Shown here piece by piece: positions 1-9,318 of a DNA stretch of 64,000 bases. A model generated the notes under the pieces. That model made no database searches. It saw only the letters and a program-made list of their open reading frames with translations, and was not told the origin of the DNA. The position numbers and the translations under genes are program-made. Origin of the DNA: an uncultured Lachnospiraceae bacterium. Its GTDB lineage: Bacteria > Bacillota > Clostridia > Lachnospirales > Lachnospiraceae. The stretch lies in assembly GCA_948964755.1 (NCBI GenBank), contig CAREEU010000007.1:35417-99416 (forward strand). The letters are read 5' to 3'. Within the stretch, counting starts at the first letter, position 1. Each line of letters starts with the position of its first letter.

Positions 1-1000
1 ACAAAGTCATTTCTATAAAAAGAAAGGGACACCATAGTTCCCTTTTCTTCCGAATCTTCCGAATCTACAGCCAATCCAATTCCTAACTTATCACAAAGAC
101 GTCTGCAAAGATACAGCCCCATACCAGTAGAATTAGAAACCCTCCTCCCATTCTGCCCGGTAAATCCTTTTTCAAAAATACGGCACAAATCCCCTTTCGA
201 TATGCCCATCCCATTATCCTCTGCATACAAAACCACCTGCCCCTTTTTCTCTGCTGCAAAAAAATGCAGCACCGGCTGCTCGGTACGATACTTTACCGCA
301 TTACTAATAATCTGATTCAAAATAAACTGCACCCACTTACTATCGGTATAAACACAATATTCCATCTCATCCACTAGAACCGTCATATTGCTTTGCCGAA
401 GAAGATATTTATTCTCCCCAATCGCCTCATGTACCATATCCCCAAGCCTAACTTCCCGAATCAAATAATCTTTTTCTGTATGTTCACTGCGGGCATAATA
501 GAGGGTCTGCTCTGTAAACCGATTTACATTTTCCAATTCCGCCAGCAAATCCCTGGTAAACTCAAACCGATTATTTACACATATCAGCTTTATTGCGGTA
601 ATCGGCGTTTTTACCTCATGAATCCACTGTTCAATATATTCTTTATACTCCTTTCGCTCCCTCTGCACCTCACCAATCTTTTCAAGCATCGACTTTTCCG
701 CCAGTTTCATAATCTGATAAAACACCTGTTCCCCTGCTCTCTTTGGCACAGCAATCACCTCCGGTATTAAATACCGCTCCTCTAACTGCTCCGCCGTCTC
801 TAACAACTGACGAAAATATCTTTTTCTTATACCATAAAGAACACAGACATAAAAAATAAAAACCACTGTCCAAACAACTACAATAAACAAAACAACCGAA
901 ACAACATTCCCATTAGCCATTAAAAACAAAGCCAGCACCAGCATACCCAAAAGATTGATAAAAATAACCGGCAGCAGATTCTTCCAATACTGTCCTCCAT
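1..1000 (-). CDS. sensor histidine kinase, BceS/VanS-like intramembrane-sensing type (C-terminus runs off window edge)
   Basis: Reverse-strand reading from ATG at 1000 is open to position 1 (about 333 aa). Two N-terminal TM helices with no periplasmic domain. H-box HEVKTPIT, N-box NAVKY, G1 EDNGMGI, G2 GMGLYL. Not in the ORF track because no stop lies inside the window. Confidence 0.8.
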
Positions 1001-1693
1001 TCATAACAAATACCCCTGCCTATGCTTCGTCTTAATAAAATCCTTCAAACCGATTGCTGCCAGTTTCTCACGAATCCGAGTCATATTCACACTAAGAGCA
1101 TTATCATCTATATAGAGTCGATTATCCCAAAGAAAATCCACTATATCATTACGAGAACAAATCTTCCCCGCATTTTTAAAAAGATAAAAAAGAATCTTTA
1201 ACTCATTTTTCGTTAATTCCGCTTTTTGTCCCCGATACTCTATCCGACTGCTTTCTAAATACAAAACAGCCCCATTCCATCTAAAAACCTCCGCCTGCTT
1301 AAAAGCATACACCCGCCGCAGCAAAGCAGCAATCTTCGCAAGCAAAATAGCGGTATTATAAGGCTTTGTAATAAATGCATCTCCCCCCAGCATAATACTA
1401 TTTAACTCATCCATATCCGTATTGCTGCTCGTTACAAATACAATCGGCATATCCGAAAAAACCCGAATCTGCGAACACAATTCAAACCCACTCTTCTCCG
1501 GCAGTTTGATATCCAAAAGAACCAAATGCGGTGCAAAAACCTTTAATTCCTCTATCGTCTTAGAAAAATCCGCAACCGTAGCCACTTCATATCCATTTCC
1601 GGCCAATAAATTTTTTAACTGTACCTGTATCCCCTGATCATCTTCTATTATCATAATCCTATATCGATTCCATTCCATTCCTATTTCTCCCAT
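1001..1693 (-). CDS. OmpR-family response regulator (receiver + winged-helix DNA-binding)
   Basis: MIIEDD...LLDIKLPEKSGFEL receiver motifs and a C-terminal winged-helix region. Start ATG at 1693 is preceded by GAGGGGGAAG. Stop abuts the HK start (1000/1001). Confidence 0.85.
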   Translation of the reverse strand: MGEIGMEWNRYRIMIIEDDQGIQVQLKNLLAGNGYEVATVADFSKTIEELKVFAPHLVLLDIKLPEKSGFELCSQIRVFSDMPIVFVTSSNTDMDELNSIMLGGDAFITKPYNTAILLAKIAALLRRVYAFKQAEVFRWNGAVLYLESSRIEYRGQKAELTKNELKILFYLFKNAGKICSRNDIVDFLWDNRLYIDDNALSVNMTRIREKLAAIGLKDFIKTKHRQGYLL

Positions 1694-1860
1694 CAGCAAA
1701 CTTCCCCCTCTACACCTTTCAACATAATACCCATTATCAAAACCCAATTTTCTATCCTCTACTATCTCTGCAAACGCAAATTTATAAATGCAAACAAAAC
1801 TATTCTTATCCTACTATACCACTTTTTCATCCCAAATAACACTTTTTTCTACACTTTTAG

Positions 1861-2019
1861 TCAAATCGGATATTCGCAATCTGCTTCGCTACTTGCTCAT
1901 AACCTCATAGCTGCTACCGCAACTTTTCAGTGGGAGTCTGCACTCCCACTGAAACAAGGAAGTCCCCCGCTTCTAAGCCGCCAAGGCGAAAGCGGGGGAC
2001 TTCCTTAATGAGGTTAAAA
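1861..2019 (+). repeat. short hairpin element family 2 (SHE-2), full-length modular copy
   Basis: aatcggatattcgcaat..aacctcat [agctgc..gcagct][tttcagtggg..cccactgaaa][caaggaagtccccc..gggggacttcctt] atgaggttaaaa. Recurs at 11391, 37654, 40187, 49178 and 63810. Confidence 0.8.
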
Positions 2020-2180
2020 TAAAAACAAAAAACACATAACAAACACGGAACACTGGAATAAATAAATAAAATAAAAGAAAAGAAAAAAAAATCATAAACC
2101 AACCAATAAAAAAATATATCCAGCAAACACCCAAAATCAATCTAATTTCATAACAAAAAACAACAAAAGGTAAAAACAAA

Positions 2181-2441
2181 ACATAAATTGTGCCATAATA
2201 CAGCCAGAGTGCATTAGGGGTACACGGTGACTTCGTAGGAAAGTTAGAGGCTCTTAGACTTCTGTCGATCCATTAGGATTTTTTGCCATTCTCGAATGGC
2301 AAAAAAAGGGGTGTGTTTAGCCCGCTGTACGGGCGAATTGCACCCCGATCCGTCCGGTTAGATACACCCAACACCAGAAGTCTTAGAGCCTCTTACTTTC
2401 CGAAGAGCGGAACCGTGTACCCCTAATGCACTCTGGCGTCC
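2181..2441 (+). repeat. long palindromic element family 1 (LPE-1) copy A; A-type core, alpha-type 5' flank; preceded by an A-rich low-complexity tract at 2030-2200
   Basis: Conserved ends GCCAGAG/CTCTGGCGTCC. Long stem of about 65 bp encloses the core ttttttgccattctcgaatggcaaaaaaaggggtgtgtttagcccgctgtacgggcgaattgcacccc..ccgtccgg. Family has 9 copies in the window. Confidence 0.85.
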
Positions 2442-2465
2442 CCTCCGAAATCCTCTTTCCCCCTC

Positions 2466-3959
2466 TTAAATCCTCCCATACCGCTTTGCAATACCCAAAA
2501 TCTCTTCCTGCAATTCCTTTGACAAATCCTCTTCCGTCAAACGCCACCTCCAGTTCGTCCCCACTGTAGAAGGCGTATTAATCCGACATGTATTATCATA
2601 CCCAAGATAATCCTGCATTGGAATAATACAAGTCTTTGCATTACTTCGCATCACCAAAGCAATAAACGCCTTATACAACAACTCCTTCGGCGTATAAAGA
2701 TCACAAAGATACTCCCTTGCCATCTGCTGCTCTGCCTTTGAAATCGACTCAAACCACCCGCAGATTGTCTCATTATCATGAGTCCCTGTATAAGCCACAC
2801 TATTTTCCATATAATTATGAGGCAGATAGTCATTTGCCGATCCAGAATCCCTAGAATCAAAAGCAAACTCCAACACCTTCATTCCCGGAAATCCACTGTC
2901 TGCAACCAACTGCCGCACCGAATCCGTAACATACCCCAAATCCTCTGCGATTACCTCATGCCATCCAAGCCGCTGCTCTACACAGCGAAACAGCTCAATC
3001 CCAGGACCTTTTTCCCAATGCCCAATCTTCGCCGATTCCGCACCATAAGGAATCGAATAATACTCATCAAATCCCCGAAAATGATCAATCCGCACAACAT
3101 CATACAGCCGAAAACAATAAGCCAGTCTTGAAACCCACCATTCATATCCAGTCTGCTTATGATACTCCCAGCGATACAAAGGATTCCCCCAAAGCTGCCC
3201 GTCTGCCGAAAACCCATCCGGCGGACATCCTGCTACCGCACAAGGTACATTCTGTTCATCTAACTGGAACAATTCTGGATGTGCCCAAGTATCCGCACTG
3301 TCCATTGCCACATAGATAGGAATATCCCCAATCAAGGCAATCCCCTTCTGATTGGCATACGCCTTTAACCGCCTCCACTGTTCAAAAAACTTAAACTGCA
3401 TATACTGCTGAAATTCTATCTCAAAATATAACTCCCTGCGATAATAATCCATCGCAAATCCCCAACGCAGCCGAATATCCTCTGCCCACTGCGTCCATGC
3501 TACGCCCTCAAACCGATCCTTAACCGCCATAAACAACGCATAGTCCGAAAGCCACCACTTATTTTCCTCTACAAACCGCAGATAATCCGCATTTTCACTA
3601 ACCTTGCTGCGTTCATACGCCTTTCGAAGCAAAGGATACCGATTTTGATAGAGTTTCTCATAATCAATATCTTCTAACTGACTTCCAAAATCCGCCTCTT
3701 CACACTCCTCCTCTGTCAAAACCCCTTCCTCTATCAGTGCCTCCAAACTAATAAAATAAGGATTTCCTGCAAAAGTAGAAAATGACTGATAAGGAGAATC
3801 TCCATAACTGGTAGGTCCAAGCGGCAAAATCTGCCAATAAGTCTGTCCGGCTTCTTTCAGCCAGTCTATAAAATCATATGCACTCTTTGAAAAACAGCCA
3901 ATCCCATAGCGGGAAGGCAAACTGGTAATGGGAAGTAAAATACCTGCTGAACGTTTCAT
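2466..3959 (-). CDS. malQ: 4-alpha-glucanotransferase (amylomaltase, GH77)
   Basis: 497 aa. N-terminus ILLPITSLPSRYGIGCF..AGQTYWQILPLGPT is a classic MalQ signature. Confidence 0.9.
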   Translation of the reverse strand: MKRSAGILLPITSLPSRYGIGCFSKSAYDFIDWLKEAGQTYWQILPLGPTSYGDSPYQSFSTFAGNPYFISLEALIEEGVLTEEECEEADFGSQLEDIDYEKLYQNRYPLLRKAYERSKVSENADYLRFVEENKWWLSDYALFMAVKDRFEGVAWTQWAEDIRLRWGFAMDYYRRELYFEIEFQQYMQFKFFEQWRRLKAYANQKGIALIGDIPIYVAMDSADTWAHPELFQLDEQNVPCAVAGCPPDGFSADGQLWGNPLYRWEYHKQTGYEWWVSRLAYCFRLYDVVRIDHFRGFDEYYSIPYGAESAKIGHWEKGPGIELFRCVEQRLGWHEVIAEDLGYVTDSVRQLVADSGFPGMKVLEFAFDSRDSGSANDYLPHNYMENSVAYTGTHDNETICGWFESISKAEQQMAREYLCDLYTPKELLYKAFIALVMRSNAKTCIIPMQDYLGYDNTCRINTPSTVGTNWRWRLTEEDLSKELQEEILGIAKRYGRI

Positions 3960-4841
3960 CTATCTTTCTCCTTTCATCTTTTGCATGATTTCTTCCTCTG
4001 TCTCTATCAAAACTCCAAAATGATCCGATACCTTTGGTTCTCTTTCTCCATTAAACAGCACCTTAGAATACGAAATCGGCATCTCTTTATTACACCAAAT
4101 CACATCCATTCTCATTCCCTCCGGTCTGTCCTGCTCCTGAGAAAATTCTCTCCATCCATCAATACAGCCCTCTACTGTAATCCCGCTGTCCTTTTGCCCT
4201 GCCAGATTATAAGTATCCAGCCATCCATCCCCACTGATACAATCATAACCCTGTCCACGAAATTCTGCCGGACTGTTAAAGTCCCCCATCAGCCAGATCA
4301 CAGATTCCTCCCCTTTCTGCTGCAGCCGAGTATTCAGCCGTTTCCACTGTGCCAAAAAAGGTTCTTCTTCATCTTCCCACCAGCCCATATGAACCGTATA
4401 GAACCAGTGATCACTCTTCTCTGTCCGCACGCCTAATACCCGGCGTGTTTTCCAATTTTTATAGTCCTGACAACCACTGATAAAAAAAGATTCCATCTCG
4501 GTTAGTTTTTGATTAATAGCCAATACGGCGATTCCCTCATCATAGATATCATATCCTATCTTTGCCGAGATCCAAGTCCAAGAACAGGGAATTCCCGCCT
4601 GATGCAGCCGAAATGCTGCCTGTGCAGCATGGTTATCCTGACGAATCGGCACGGCATCCGGGCAGGGAACCCAGCCCTGCAGCAGCTTTGCATCTGCAAA
4701 AGGTGCTGACAGAGACTGATTCACTTCCTGCAAAGCGATCAAATCGGGTTTTTCTTTCTGAATAACAGAAAGAAAGAAATCGAGCTTCTGCAGATAATTC
4801 TCTTCTTGAAGACTGTGTGTATTTAAAGTCAACAGCTTCAT
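3960..4841 (-). CDS. endonuclease/exonuclease/phosphatase (EEP) family protein, probable MapP-like maltose-6'-phosphate phosphatase
   Basis: 293 aa with EEP-type N-terminus LLTLNTHS..PDLIALQEVNQ. Sits between a glucose/maltose-family PTS permease and malQ, as MapP does next to MalT in enterococci. Confidence 0.55.
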   Translation of the reverse strand: MKLLTLNTHSLQEENYLQKLDFFLSVIQKEKPDLIALQEVNQSLSAPFADAKLLQGWVPCPDAVPIRQDNHAAQAAFRLHQAGIPCSWTWISAKIGYDIYDEGIAVLAINQKLTEMESFFISGCQDYKNWKTRRVLGVRTEKSDHWFYTVHMGWWEDEEEPFLAQWKRLNTRLQQKGEESVIWLMGDFNSPAEFRGQGYDCISGDGWLDTYNLAGQKDSGITVEGCIDGWREFSQEQDRPEGMRMDVIWCNKEMPISYSKVLFNGEREPKVSDHFGVLIETEEEIMQKMKGER

Positions 4842-4896
4842 CTGTTCTATTCCCTCCTATTTTCTTAAACGAGATCACCCATTCTCGTTCTATTTT

Positions 4897-7167
4897 TTAA
4901 AGAATATCGTTGATATCCGATTTTAATACATCTGCTTTCGGTCCATAGATTGCCTGAATTCCATTGTCCTTTTTCACCAACCCCAGTGCTCCTTCTGCTT
5001 TCCATGCAGCAGTATCTGCAACCTGTTCTGGATTCTTTACCGTTACTCTTAAACGTGTCATACAAGCATCCACTAAAATAATATTTTCCCGACCGCCTAA
5101 TAACGCAATAATCCGCTCTGGCTGGCTGTTTTGTCCGCCCTTTTTCGCAGAATCAGAAGCCGCTGCCTCTCCGCCTGATTCCTCATTTTCATCTGTATAA
5201 TTTCCCAGACGTCCCGGCGTAGCAAATTGAAACTTTTCAATCATAAAGTAAGCAATCACATATCCAATCGCAAAGAAAGCAACGCAGCAGATAATAAAAT
5301 GAATAATATCCCCGCCTAATCCCGCTTTTAATGACATTGGAACACGAGTTAAAAATTCTAAGTTTCCAAAAGAATGAAGCCGCAGATCGAAAATACCTGC
5401 CATTGCAAACGCACACCCCTGCAGTACAGCATAGACAATATAAAGCGGCAGTGCACAGAACATAAACATAAATTCCAAAGGCTCCGTTACACCGGTTAAA
5501 AATACTGCTAACACAGTTGAAACAAACATAGAACGATAATTCTTTTTCTTATCTTCATCCACCCGCCGATACATAGCAAGTGCCACTCCTAAAAGCAGAC
5601 CAGTTGAACCAATCATCTGTCCCACCTTAAAACGAGCCGGTGTTACCGTATTCAATAAATTTTCATAAGCAGCAATATTTCCTGCATCCTTAAAATTAAT
5701 TAAATCTGTTACCCATGCCAGCCAAAGCGGATCTTGTCCAAATACTTCCGATCCCGCATTGATTCCGGTCTGAATTAGATAAGTTCCTCCGAAAGAAGTA
5801 TAATTCATCGGAATGGTCAGCATATGATGCAGACCAAAAGGCAGCAGAAGCCTCTCTAACGTTCCGTAGATAAACGGTGCCAAAACCGGAGAAGAGGAAG
5901 AAGAATTGGCAATCCATACACCAAACGAATTAATTCCTGTCTGTACAATCGGCCATATCACTGCCAAAACAAGAGAAATTCCTGTAGAATAAGCAATAAC
6001 AGCTAAAGGTACAAACCGTTTCCCATTAAAAAATGATAACGCATCCGGCAATTTACGGAAATTATAAAACTTATTATAGACAACACCACCTACAAATCCG
6101 GCAATAATTCCTACAAATACTCCCATATTTAAAGCCGGTGCCCCCAGTACAGAAGTAAAATAATTTTCTACCAGCATTTCCTGTCCAAAAAGAGAAGTAA
6201 CCACTGCTCCAGACTCATTTAACATTCCGCTGGTCACACCAAAAGCAGCTCCTGTAATACAGTTAATCAAAATAAATGAAATAATCGCTGCAAATGCACC
6301 TCCCGCACGTTCTTTTGCCCAAGAACCGCCGATTGCAGCCGCAAATAAAATATGCAGATTGTTAATAATCGCCCATCCGATATTCTCCATTGTACTGCCG
6401 ATTGTGAAAATAAAAGGAATCTCTGCCCCGCCCATCTGAATCAGTTTTCCAAGGCTAAGCATCAGTCCTGCTGCCGGCATTACCGCAATAACCGTCATCA
6501 GCACTTTTCCCAATTTCTGCAGAAAATCAAAATTAATTCCCGCCTTCTTCTCCGAACCCCCCGAAGAAGCCGTCTTAGAAGCAGAAGTCTCCTGTTTCTT
6601 TTCAGATACCGTTTGCCCTGCACTCTTTGTTTCTGTCGAAACAACATCCCTACCTGTTTCCTTTTCTTCTACAGTAGCCGCCGTTTCCTCCGTTACCAGC
6701 AATACCGCATCCTTTCCTGCCCGTACTTTACCGGAACACACATCCATCTGCTTTCCGTCCATTCCGTCACACAAAAGCACCGGAGTAATTAAATTCAAAT
6801 TTTTCCCCTTGATCAATTCTAAATCCGCTTCTGCTACCAAATCTCCTACTTTTACCAGGTCCCCCTCTTTCTTATAGAGAGTAAATCCCTCTCCATTTAA
6901 TCCAACCGTTTCCAGTCCGACATGTACCAGGACATCTAACCCGTCCTCCGATTGAAACCCATATGCATGATTTGTTGCAGCAATTGATGCAACAGTTCCG
7001 TTGACAGGACTATAAATCTTTCCGTCCTCCGGCAAAATGGCAGCTCCATCTCCCAATGCTTTCTCCGAAAACACTGGATCGGGCACTTCTTCCAATGCAA
7101 CAATCGTTCCAGATAGTGGTGCAATAATTGAAATTTTGCCCTTTTCTTTTGTTGTGTTACTCATCAT
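4897..7167 (-). CDS. PTS glucose/maltose-family transporter, fused EIIA-EIIC-EIIB
   Basis: 756 aa. N-terminal EIIA-Glc domain (HAYGFQSEDGLDVLVHVGLETV), central multi-TM EIIC, C-terminal EIIB with cysteine motif DACMTRLRV. Confidence 0.85.
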   Translation of the reverse strand: MMSNTTKEKGKISIIAPLSGTIVALEEVPDPVFSEKALGDGAAILPEDGKIYSPVNGTVASIAATNHAYGFQSEDGLDVLVHVGLETVGLNGEGFTLYKKEGDLVKVGDLVAEADLELIKGKNLNLITPVLLCDGMDGKQMDVCSGKVRAGKDAVLLVTEETAATVEEKETGRDVVSTETKSAGQTVSEKKQETSASKTASSGGSEKKAGINFDFLQKLGKVLMTVIAVMPAAGLMLSLGKLIQMGGAEIPFIFTIGSTMENIGWAIINNLHILFAAAIGGSWAKERAGGAFAAIISFILINCITGAAFGVTSGMLNESGAVVTSLFGQEMLVENYFTSVLGAPALNMGVFVGIIAGFVGGVVYNKFYNFRKLPDALSFFNGKRFVPLAVIAYSTGISLVLAVIWPIVQTGINSFGVWIANSSSSSPVLAPFIYGTLERLLLPFGLHHMLTIPMNYTSFGGTYLIQTGINAGSEVFGQDPLWLAWVTDLINFKDAGNIAAYENLLNTVTPARFKVGQMIGSTGLLLGVALAMYRRVDEDKKKNYRSMFVSTVLAVFLTGVTEPLEFMFMFCALPLYIVYAVLQGCAFAMAGIFDLRLHSFGNLEFLTRVPMSLKAGLGGDIIHFIICCVAFFAIGYVIAYFMIEKFQFATPGRLGNYTDENEESGGEAAASDSAKKGGQNSQPERIIALLGGRENIILVDACMTRLRVTVKNPEQVADTAAWKAEGALGLVKKDNGIQAIYGPKADVLKSDINDIL

Positions 7168-7396
7168 AAACCCTCCATTCCTTAATTTTGATATATAATA
7201 ATAAAAAAATTAATACATTGCATTGTGTTGCATAAATATTTGCACTAAAGTTTCATAAACTTTATGCAACATAACTGTACCGCATTTACTACAAAATTAC
7301 AATAAAAATTTCTAACTTTTTAGTATTTTCTATATATTGCATAATTATCCCCCTACTATTTTATGAAAAATGACGAAAAGGAAACTCGTCTTACGA

Positions 7397-7425
7397 TTGA
7401 CTTTTTTCCATTTTCTTTTTATAAT
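7397..7425 (+). promoter_or_regulatory. sigma-A type promoter for the LacI-family regulator
   Basis: TTGACT (7397-7402), 17-nt spacer, TATAAT (7420-7425), about 68 nt upstream of the ATG at 7494. Confidence 0.5.
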
Positions 7426-7493
7426 CTATAAATAAATCAAAAAACAATCAAGCTTACAATAAATCAGAAAATATCAAAAAAGGAGCATCTATT

Positions 7494-8531
7494 ATGGCTG
7501 TTACAATCCGAGATGTTGCTGCATTAGCAGGCGTATCTCCCTCCACTGTATCCAGAACCTGCAAAGATCACTCTTCGATCAGCAGAGAAACAAAAGAAAA
7601 AGTCCGATTTGCGATGGCACAATTAGGATACGAACCTAATATTTCCGCCAATTCACAAACCGGACAATCTCCCCAGACAATCAGTATTATTCTTCCTCCT
7701 TCCTCCAGAGAAGTCTATGAAAATTCTTTCTACTTAGAGGCAATCCGAGGAATCAGCCAATTCTGCAACGGAAGAGAATATATCAGTACCATTGTAACGG
7801 GACAAGACGAAGAAGAAATCCTGCGTGCCATTCAAACACTAGGAAAAGATGAGCAAATGGGGGGCTATATTATCCTCTATTCCAAACAAGACGATGCCAT
7901 TATTGACTACCTCTACAATGAGGGTCTGCTCTATGTCTTAATTGGCAAAGCAAAGCAGTTTGTCAACCAAACCATCTATATCGATAATGACAACCTTCTA
8001 GCAGGAAAAGAAGCCACCGAATATCTATACAGCTTAGGTCACAGACGAATTGCCTATGTCGGAAGCGAATATAATATGCTCTTTTCTGCAGAACGCAAAG
8101 CCGGTTATCAATTAGCACTCTCGGAGCATCAAATACCGATTTTCCCCGATTACTGCATCGAAGTAGAACAGCTTTCTCTGGATCAGAATCCACTCTTCCA
8201 TGCCCTGCTGAAACGAGAAGATCGCCCTACTGCCGTTGTCGCAAGTGATGATATTTTAGCTGTTGCACTAAAGCGGATCTGTGTACAGTGCGGTTTGTCT
8301 GTCCCAGAGGATCTCTCTATCGTTTCCTTTAATAATTCCCTGTTTGCACGGATTACATCCCCTCAATTAACTTCTATTGATATTAATTCACACCAACTGG
8401 GAATTGAAGCAGCTTCACAGCTTATTAATCATATTGAAAACCCTAATTTACTGGCAACAAAGATTATTGTTCCACATTCTCTTATTATAAGAGGTAGCTG
8501 CCGCCAAATAGAAGTAGAAGAAACCTTTTAA
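7494..8531 (+). CDS. LacI-family transcriptional regulator (likely maltose regulator), divergent from the PTS operon
   Basis: N-terminal HTH VTIRDVAALAGVSPSTVSR followed by a periplasmic-binding-fold sugar-binding domain. 345 aa. Confidence 0.85.
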   Translation: MAVTIRDVAALAGVSPSTVSRTCKDHSSISRETKEKVRFAMAQLGYEPNISANSQTGQSPQTISIILPPSSREVYENSFYLEAIRGISQFCNGREYISTIVTGQDEEEILRAIQTLGKDEQMGGYIILYSKQDDAIIDYLYNEGLLYVLIGKAKQFVNQTIYIDNDNLLAGKEATEYLYSLGHRRIAYVGSEYNMLFSAERKAGYQLALSEHQIPIFPDYCIEVEQLSLDQNPLFHALLKREDRPTAVVASDDILAVALKRICVQCGLSVPEDLSIVSFNNSLFARITSPQLTSIDINSHQLGIEAASQLINHIENPNLLATKIIVPHSLIIRGSCRQIEVEETF

Positions 8532-8560
8532 AATAGAGCTGAACCAGACACCGGACGTAT

Positions 8561-8692
8561 GAAGCAGAGAGGGTTTCTTTGCTGGGGCCGTTTGCACTAA
8601 GGCTTCCTCGCAGCGGACACATAAGGCACGAAAATACCGTGCCTAAGTGCCGGCGGGAAGCAATACCCCTGCAAAGAAACCCTCTCTGCTCC
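8561..8692 (+). repeat. element-3 repeat copy 1 (conserved ~90-nt core flanked by a copy-specific inverted stem)
   Basis: Core tggggccgtttgcactaaggcttcctcgcagcggacacataaggcacgaaaataccgtgcctaagtgccggcgggaagcaatacccctgca. Flanks gcagagagggtttctttgc / gcaaagaaaccctctctgc. Confidence 0.8.
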
Positions 8693-8836
8693 ATACTGTA
8701 TATTCCTAAATTCAAGTGTTCAAATTCGTCCTTCTGCATTTTCCCTATTGGGAACACAAACCAAATTTCCACGCTCTTAAAGTCATAGTAAAATGAAAGA
8801 AATTAAGTCATAAAACAAAAACGGAGAAAAGAAAAT

Positions 8837-9289
8837 ATGAAAAAGTACACATATATCACTTTAAGGCAAAAGCCACAGATAAAAGATACAGCAGCCGAAT
8901 GGTTCCATTGTAAATGGGGCGTTCCCAAAGAAGCTTATCTGGAATGTATGAACGCTTATCTTAACAACGAAACGGAATATGGCTGGTATCTTTGCTTAGA
9001 TGAGAAAAAAATAATAGGAGGTCTTGGTGTAATTGAAAATGACTTCCACAATAGAAAAGATCTTGTTCCTAATGTCTGTGCAGTCTATACAGAAAAAGAC
9101 TACCGATGTAGGGGGATAGCCGGACACTTGCTTAATATGGTGGTAGAGGATTTGAAATCCAAGTCCATAACGCCTATCTATTTACTTACTGATCATACCA
9201 GCTTCTATGAGAAATATGGCTGGGAATTCTTATATATGGTTCAAGGAGATGGAGAACCCCATATGTCAAGAATGTATATTCACAAATAA
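8837..9289 (+). CDS. GNAT family N-acetyltransferase
   Basis: 150 aa with GNAT fold motifs (ILGGLGV..CRGIAGHLL). Bracketed by inverted element-3 copies. Confidence 0.8.
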   Translation: MKKYTYITLRQKPQIKDTAAEWFHCKWGVPKEAYLECMNAYLNNETEYGWYLCLDEKKIIGGLGVIENDFHNRKDLVPNVCAVYTEKDYRCRGIAGHLLNMVVEDLKSKSITPIYLLTDHTSFYEKYGWEFLYMVQGDGEPHMSRMYIHK

Positions 9290-9318
9290 TTTCTAGCTTT
9301 CCGGTCGGAATACACAGC

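Noticed and set aside
393-873. ORFs 393-770 (+) and 682-873 (-)
   Set aside because: Both lie inside the histidine kinase gene, antisense or out of frame. The HK reading frame is continuous and carries H/N/G boxes.
2281-2312. tttttt-gccattctcgaatggc-aaaaaaa in the LPE-1 core as a bidirectional rho-independent terminator
   Set aside because: The T and A runs pair with each other as part of a 13-bp stem. On neither strand is the hairpin followed by a free U-tract, so it does not fit terminator architecture. It covaries as a structural hairpin instead.
2181-2441. LPE-1 as a retron msr/msd ncRNA or group II intron remnant
   Set aside because: None of the nine copies has a reverse transcriptase gene nearby. 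There are no intron domain V/VI features. Copy number and intergenic stacking fit an interspersed repeat better.
7168-7396. LacI-family operator or cre site between the PTS operon and its regulator
   Set aside because: Several TGCAA/TTGCA half-sites are present (ttgcataaatatttgcac, atgcaacataactgtaccgcat). None forms a convincing 14-16-bp palindrome with a CG centre, so I cannot support a specific site by eye.
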